DNA from: a bacterium
Lineage (GTDB): Bacteria; Krumholzibacteriota; Krumholzibacteriia; LZORAL124-64-63
NCBI GenBank assembly: GCA_031441465.1
Contig: JANOEP010000035.1
Location: 12,785-76,784, forward strand
Length of the DNA stretch: 64,000 nucleotides
Direction of reading: 5' to 3'
How positions within the stretch are numbered: the first letter of the stretch is position 1; each line of letters starts with the position of its first letter. The notes under the pieces were generated by a model. It ran no database searches, was not told where the DNA came from, and saw only the letters and a list, made by a program, of their open reading frames with translations. Below, piece after piece: positions 60,001-64,000 of this stretch. The position numbers and the translations under genes are program-made.

Positions 60001-61632
60001 ATCCCCGGGGTCGGGCACGATCAGCAGCACGTTGTCGGTGCGGTGGTCGCCGACCAGGAAGACGCGCCGGATGCCGGGCACGCCGGTGAACTTCTGCTCG
60101 ACCCGGCGCGGGGCGACGGTCTGGCCGCGGGCGTTCTTGTAGATGTCCTTGAGGCGGTCGATGATCTCGAGGTGTCCGTCGTCGTGCCGGCGAAAGATGT
60201 CCCCGGTGCGCAGCCAGGCGCCGTCGCCGGGCCGCCCCTCGCCGTCGAGGTAGGCGGCGACGTAGGGCCCGGAGATCTCCAGCTCGTTCTCCTCGCCGAA
60301 CCGCACCCGCACTCCCGGCAGCGGCCGGCCCACCGAGTCGTCGCGGTAGTCGCCGGGAGGGGTCATCGTGATGCCGCCGGTCGCTTCGGTCATGCCGAAG
60401 CCGCTGCACAGCTCCACGCCGTGGTGGTGGAAGTAGCGGAAGACCTCGGGCGCGAGGTGGCCGGCGGCGGACAGGCCCCAACGCAAGCGGTCCCCGGTCA
60501 CCGCGCGCATGTCCTCGGCGGTCGGCTCGTCCGCCTCGTCGCCGCGGCGCGCCAGGCAGGCCTCGCGCAGCTGGCTCCAGCGCAGGGGGATGCCGATCAG
60601 GCCGGTCGGCCGGACGCTCGGCAGCAGGCGCAGCAGCGTCTCGCGCGACGGGTTGCCGGCGAAGACGTACTCGCCGCCCCAGAACATCGTGCCCAGCAGC
60701 TCCAGGTAGCGGCCGAAGGTGTGGAAGAGCGGCAGGTAGCACAGCAGGACCTCGTCCCGGCCGACCGCCGGCAGGGCGGCCGCGCGCGCGAAGCGCTTGC
60801 TGACCAGGTTGCCGATCGAGAAGGTGACGCCCTTCGGGGTGCCGGTGCTGCCCGAGGTGAACATGACCGTGGCGACGTCGTCGAGACCGAAGCGGGGGTG
60901 CGCCGACAGCGCGGTGTCCACGTCGTCGGCCGAGAGACCGGCGCAGATCTCGTCCAGCAGCGTTGAGCCCTCGCCCCGCTGCCCCTCGTCCAGGTGCAGC
61001 AGGCGCGGCCGGCGTCCGGCGGCCGCGGCGGCGCGGCGGGCGAGGTCCAGCTGCTCGTCGTTGCCGGCGACGACCGTGTCGATGTCCAGCCGCGCCAGGA
61101 TCCAGGCCAGTTCGCCGGCTTCCGTCTGGGGGGACAGGGGCGTCACGAGGGTGCCGTGCAGCAGGCACGCGAGGTCGGTCAGCGCGCCGCGCACCGAGTT
61201 CGGCGTCAGCAGCGCCACGCGGGGCGCCGGTCCGGACTGCAGCAGCGCCGCGGCGTAGGCGCGGGCCTTGCGGCGGGCGCGCGCGTAGCTCCAGGTGCCG
61301 GCGCCGGCGGTGTCGGGTTCGCGCAGCCACGTGCGATCGGGGTGCGCGGCGACGCGCTGGTCCAGCAGGGTCTCGAGCGTGGTGCCGCTGCGGCGGACCG
61401 CGGCGATCGCCGCCTCGGCCCAGCGCTCGCGCGCCGCGGCGTCGGGCAGCGCCGCCAGCAGCTCCGGCGCGCGCGTCCCGTCCAGCCAGCGCCGCCAGAC
61501 GGCGACGGGCACGTCGACGTCGGCACGCAACGCCTCTTCCGCGATCGCCAGCAACCGGACGGCGCGCTGCGCCGCAGAGCCTTCGCCATCGCGCAGGAGA
61601 TCCAGGGTCTGATCGTCGAGTGTCATCTTCAT
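57037..61632 (-). CDS. 1531-aa fusion: long-chain acyl-CoA synthetase-like adenylation domain, central helical/kinase-like region, C-terminal GNAT acetyltransferase
   Basis: MFTSGSTGTPKG, LPLFHTFG, GFGMTE, WLRTGD, IIDRLKDIYK, GELTP; C-terminal HLNGIVV..LLGRGIS..FFERHGF. Confidence 0.85.
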   Translation of the reverse strand: MKMTLDDQTLDLLRDGEGSAAQRAVRLLAIAEEALRADVDVPVAVWRRWLDGTRAPELLAALPDAAARERWAEAAIAAVRRSGTTLETLLDQRVAAHPDRTWLREPDTAGAGTWSYARARRKARAYAAALLQSGPAPRVALLTPNSVRGALTDLACLLHGTLVTPLSPQTEAGELAWILARLDIDTVVAGNDEQLDLARRAAAAAGRRPRLLHLDEGQRGEGSTLLDEICAGLSADDVDTALSAHPRFGLDDVATVMFTSGSTGTPKGVTFSIGNLVSKRFARAAALPAVGRDEVLLCYLPLFHTFGRYLELLGTMFWGGEYVFAGNPSRETLLRLLPSVRPTGLIGIPLRWSQLREACLARRGDEADEPTAEDMRAVTGDRLRWGLSAAGHLAPEVFRYFHHHGVELCSGFGMTEATGGITMTPPGDYRDDSVGRPLPGVRVRFGEENELEISGPYVAAYLDGEGRPGDGAWLRTGDIFRRHDDGHLEIIDRLKDIYKNARGQTVAPRRVEQKFTGVPGIRRVFLVGDHRTDNVLLIVPDPGDPVLQGDPQGEAARAYYGRIVHAANADLLSYERVVNFAVLDRDFAAEHGELTPKGSYRRKAIEENFAAVVDELYRSDAVTLALTGTRLRVPRWLIRDLGILETELLAGGDRVRDRVSGRELTVAPGDGGRWRVGDLEYEVAGGVIDLGLLARQPLLWVGNPALVAFCPVRDGWDMALTSITQHVYLPYPLPAGVGEAGAGTPGVAVPGSLQDQRLSRLHELTRDAFFTGDETATRAVDGLARALQNADHRTAELLRRRLEALSRHAEMPVRSAAYRVLLLDEPAPDYSQVRPKFLTSGLPFLDEASIAAITHGGFEERRLEAFRLRLHAYRRHLTWPADDAMHSQLDIIFKLLSDFARLQPAYYGAVRDELVSWVLLREDPVIAARAERYALALADWYEEALDRALPHRGPGAWQDKILYQDGLSDEEIRRLEEVLVGTTFLQQSVKLTTDGEDLDLREVPREGIWIGRTAVRHRQRIYRLSVNTVQGKHYDLLAVIWDRDLLDEDRSEMLTTIYWLIALGGYPHGPPVLPRFGCYRPAMGALSLAFVSDLSVWERVREYAGDWPQIPGESRDPGWRRLFVQALASVFRGWAISGGRIVPGMVTPSNVAVSEPDFREGARILSLTGWAPYTGPLDLVRPMLRNFYKQTTVTYPWTGRRLDLAWIADACVEALGLPRARTFLADLQAALADQPPDGYRGQLVEVLRGYLHRLDEEPYESCALRGAVHRYRRWEQSNPEASPRAREQIVEEMLRLYGLGEQPELDRYLLYRRTWFRRAPDATQAAFDSLIAALHHEPATPATRRVELSALQETLTEPEDRHAFQRLAFPHSAAGQSAQILAVGDSDHRQVIVSTRIQDKTGTAYSVREPVEPSEFGRLYRLFFKSGYYKTISERDNFVIVLDAQERIVGGISWKDIEPGVVHLNGIVVATPLLGRGISSVLIEDFCARMANLGHQAVTTLFVLRPFFERHGFQLDKRWGGLVRLLQRQSP

Positions 61633-61816
61633 TCCCGGTCGTTTGTGATCAAGCTCCGCTCATGATAGTCGCAGGTGCGATCCCGCGAAACAGTAAGGTT
61701 GCGGGCGCGGAGCCGCCCTGCGATTCCACAGCGGCATCGTGGGCATTTGCGGTCGCTTGCAACCGCCGACCAACACCGCTAGGATGCCCCGACACCCGAG
61801 CGCGGAGGCGCGATCC

Positions 61817-62545
61817 ATGGACTGCTGCGGCAACCCCGTCGTCGAGACCACGCTGGCCCTGTCCTTCGCGACGCTTTTCGGCTTCGGCCTGACCATGAGC
61901 CTCGGGCATTGTCTGGGCATGTGCGGCCCGCTGGTGACCGCGATCAGCGCGGCGCAGCGCGGCGACGGCGCCTCCGGCGCGGTCATGCTCGGCCGGTTGT
62001 CGCTCTACAACCTCGGCCGCATCGCGGGCTACGCCGGGCTCGGCGCGGTCGGCGGCCTGCTCGGCGCCGCGGTCTCGCGCGCGGGGCAGGGCGTGCTCTC
62101 GATCGCGATCGGCGTGCTGATGCTGCTGACCGCCGTCGGTTTGGTTTCGATGCGGCGCTGGGAGCAGGGCGGACCGCTGCAGAAGCTGATCGCCAACCGC
62201 CTGCCGCAACTGCTGGGCGCACGCACGGCGCCGGGCCGGCTCGCCCTGGGGCTGGCCAACGGATTGCTGCCCTGTGGTCCGGTCTACAAGGCCGCCATGA
62301 CGGCCGCGGCCAGCGGCAGCGTGGTCAACGGGGGACTGGCCATGGTCTGGTTCGGGCTGGGCACGGTGCCGGTGATGCTGCTGTTCGGGATGGGGGTCGC
62401 GCGACTGAGTCTCGGCGCCCGCCAACTGTTCCAGCGGCTGGGCGCGGTGTTGGTGTTCATCATGGCCGTCCAACTGATCCTGCGCGGGCTCGCGGCCCGT
62501 GATGTCATCGCCCACGCCCGCCTCGGGGAGGTCGTGTTCTGGTGA
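61817..62545 (+). CDS. DsbD_2 / TauE-SafE-like membrane protein (cytochrome oxidase maturation associated)
   Basis: HCLGMCGP, YNLGRI..Y, GLLPCGPVY, FGLGTVP; ATG after GGAGG. Confidence 0.85.
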   Translation: MDCCGNPVVETTLALSFATLFGFGLTMSLGHCLGMCGPLVTAISAAQRGDGASGAVMLGRLSLYNLGRIAGYAGLGAVGGLLGAAVSRAGQGVLSIAIGVLMLLTAVGLVSMRRWEQGGPLQKLIANRLPQLLGARTAPGRLALGLANGLLPCGPVYKAAMTAAASGSVVNGGLAMVWFGLGTVPVMLLFGMGVARLSLGARQLFQRLGAVLVFIMAVQLILRGLAARDVIAHARLGEVVFW

Positions 62546-62626
62546 AGCCGGCCGCGAGTATTGCGACATTGAATATCGCTATCATGTTCGAGATCCACGG
62601 AAATCCATGATTACCAGACAGTCTTG

Positions 62627-62655
62627 TTTGGCTTCGAACCCCGGCAGGGTATACT
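62627..62655 (+). promoter_or_regulatory. Putative sigma70 promoter for the P-type ATPase gene
   Basis: TTGGCT-N16-TATACT in an AT-rich spacer. Confidence 0.45.
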
Positions 62656-62732
62656 TTCGTCCCAAGAGCGGATAAATAACGTCCTTGATCCCGCTCCGAC
62701 CGGGTCCAGCATGTGGCGAGGTGCCGACTCCG

Positions 62733-64000
62733 ATGGGCAGGCCAGCAGCGATCCCAGCCGCAGTTCCGGGACCGACCGCTTCGGTGCGTCGCCTGCCGCG
62801 GGCATGCGCGCACTGCGGGCTCGACCTCGGTTCCGACCATCGCCAGCAGGACGGACCCTTCTGCTGCCAGGGCTGCCGCACCGTCCACCAACTGATCCAC
62901 GGCGCCGGTCTGGACCGCTACTACGAACTGCGCCGCGGCGAGACCGCGCCGGCGTCGCAATTGCGTCCCGACAACTTCGCCTGGCTCGACCTGCAGCTCG
63001 AGGATCCCGACCATCGTGTGGGCGAGGGCGTGGTGCGGCTGCGCCTGGACCTGCAGGGCGTGCACTGCGCCGCCTGTGTCTGGCTGCTCGAGCAGCTCTT
63101 CGCGCGCCGGGCCGCCGGGCGCGATCTGCGCATCAATCCCGCCCTGGGCACCGTCGAACTGGTCTGGGACACGCGCCTGGGTTCGCTGCGCGACTACCTG
63201 GCCGAGGCGGAGGGCTTCGGCTACCGCTTCGGGCCGGCGCACGCCAAGCCGACACCGCGGTCGCGGGGGATCCTGGTGCGCCTGGCCGTGGCCGTGGCCG
63301 CGGCGATGAACGTCATGATGTTCAGCCTCAGCTACTACTTCGGGCTCGCGCCCGGCGAGCAGGGTCCCGCCTACGTCATGTTCGGGCGCCTGAGCCTGGC
63401 GCTGTGCACGGTCGCGGTCGCGGTCGGCGGTTGGCCGTTCTTCGCCGCCGCGTGGCGGGGGCTGCGCCGCCGCGTGGTGCACCTGGACCTGCCCATCGCG
63501 CTGGGTCTCCTGCTGAGCTGGGGCGGGTCGGTCCACGCCTACCTGACCTCGGGACCCGAGGCCGCCTACTTCGACACCGTGACCATCTTCGTCGCGCTGA
63601 TGCTCGTGGGCCGCTGGTTGCAGGAGTGGGTGCTCGAACGCAACCGCAACTCGCTGCTGGCATCGGGCGGCATCGCCGACCTCTACGCGCGCCGCCTCGT
63701 CGACGGCCGCCTGCAGGCCGTGTCCGCGTCCGCGCTGCGCACCGGGGATGAGATCTGGGTCGCGCCCGGGGATCTGGTGCCCGTCGCGGGCGTGCCCCTG
63801 CACCGCGAGATCCTGGTCTCGCTGGACTGGATCACCGGCGAATCCGACGCGCAGGTCCGCCGGCCCGGCGAGCGCGTGCCCGCCGGCGCCTTCAACGCGG
63901 GCGAAACGGGGTTCCGGCTGGCCGCCGTGGAGGACTTCTCCGACTCGCAGCTGCACGACCTGCTGCGCCTGGACGCCGCACGCGAAGCCGACGCCGACGC
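62733..64000 (+). CDS. ccoI: Heavy-metal P1B-type ATPase, CcoI/FixI type (3' end off window)
   Basis: Not in the ORF track; translated by hand. CAHCG..FCCQGC.TV..LI..GLDRYY, HMA motif GVHCAACVWLLE, MNVMMFS..Y, LDLPIALG, YFD, ITGES. Confidence 0.88.
   Translation, partial: MGRPAAIPAAVPGPTASVRRLPRACAHCGLDLGSDHRQQDGPFCCQGCRTVHQLIHGAGLDRYYELRRGETAPASQLRPDNFAWLDLQLEDPDHRVGEGVVRLRLDLQGVHCAACVWLLEQLFARRAAGRDLRINPALGTVELVWDTRLGSLRDYLAEAEGFGYRFGPAHAKPTPRSRGILVRLAVAVAAAMNVMMFSLSYYFGLAPGEQGPAYVMFGRLSLALCTVAVAVGGWPFFAAAWRGLRRRVVHLDLPIALGLLLSWGGSVHAYLTSGPEAAYFDTVTIFVALMLVGRWLQEWVLERNRNSLLASGGIADLYARRLVDGRLQAVSASALRTGDEIWVAPGDLVPVAGVPLHREILVSLDWITGESDAQVRRPGERVPAGAFNAGETGFRLAAVEDFSDSQLHDLLRLDAAREADAD

Noticed and set aside
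62546..62732. FNR box upstream of ccoI
   Set aside because: Only half-sites (TTGAT, TTGAA) are present; no TTGAT-N4-ATCAA match.
62624..63751. 375-aa plus-strand ORF, and a possible frameshift at the ATPase start
   Set aside because: The CcoI frame from 62733 is continuous through CAHCG, FCCQGC and CAAC to the window end; the listed ORF is an off-frame shadow.

Overview
A gene-dense, very GC-rich bacterial chromosome segment with about 50 protein-coding genes. I found no rRNA, tRNA, CRISPR array, integrase or transposase. The signal peptides, a FlgD-Ig/Por-type C-terminal sorting domain and outer-membrane barrels indicate a diderm, plausibly from the FCB superphylum (e.g. Krumholzibacteriota/Latescibacterota-like; inference). 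In order the window holds: a CotH-kinase/lamin-tail protein (partial); a secreted multiheme cytochrome c with a C-terminal sorting domain; lemA-TPM-TPM; a HEAT-cyclophilin; asd-truA-transaldolase-htrA; purB, fused purL/Q, a tandem PurS-like gene and purF; a radical SAM fusion and rne/rng; GT2, methyltransferase and rhomboid; fadL plus an SGNH lipoprotein; a haem/Fe-S block (ccsB-ccsA, two Rrf2 regulators, membrane 4Fe-4S protein, fpr, sufCBDSU-DUF59); a PD40 protein; a 4.9-kb porin/two-component/lipoprotein cassette bounded by a 14-bp direct repeat; sdhCAB; ppx-DUF47-pit; a haem-c-fused cytochrome bd-like pair; a 1531-aa acyl-CoA-synthetase / kinase-like / GNAT fusion; a DsbD_2/TauE protein; and the start of a CcoI/FixI-type Cu ATPase. 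The best novelty candidates are the adenylation-pseudokinase-GNAT fusion upstream of the bd-like oxidase, the sorting-domain multiheme cytochrome, the repeat-bounded cassette, the structured ccsBA leader and the split PurL architecture. All family calls come from motif recognition by eye; no database searches were run.
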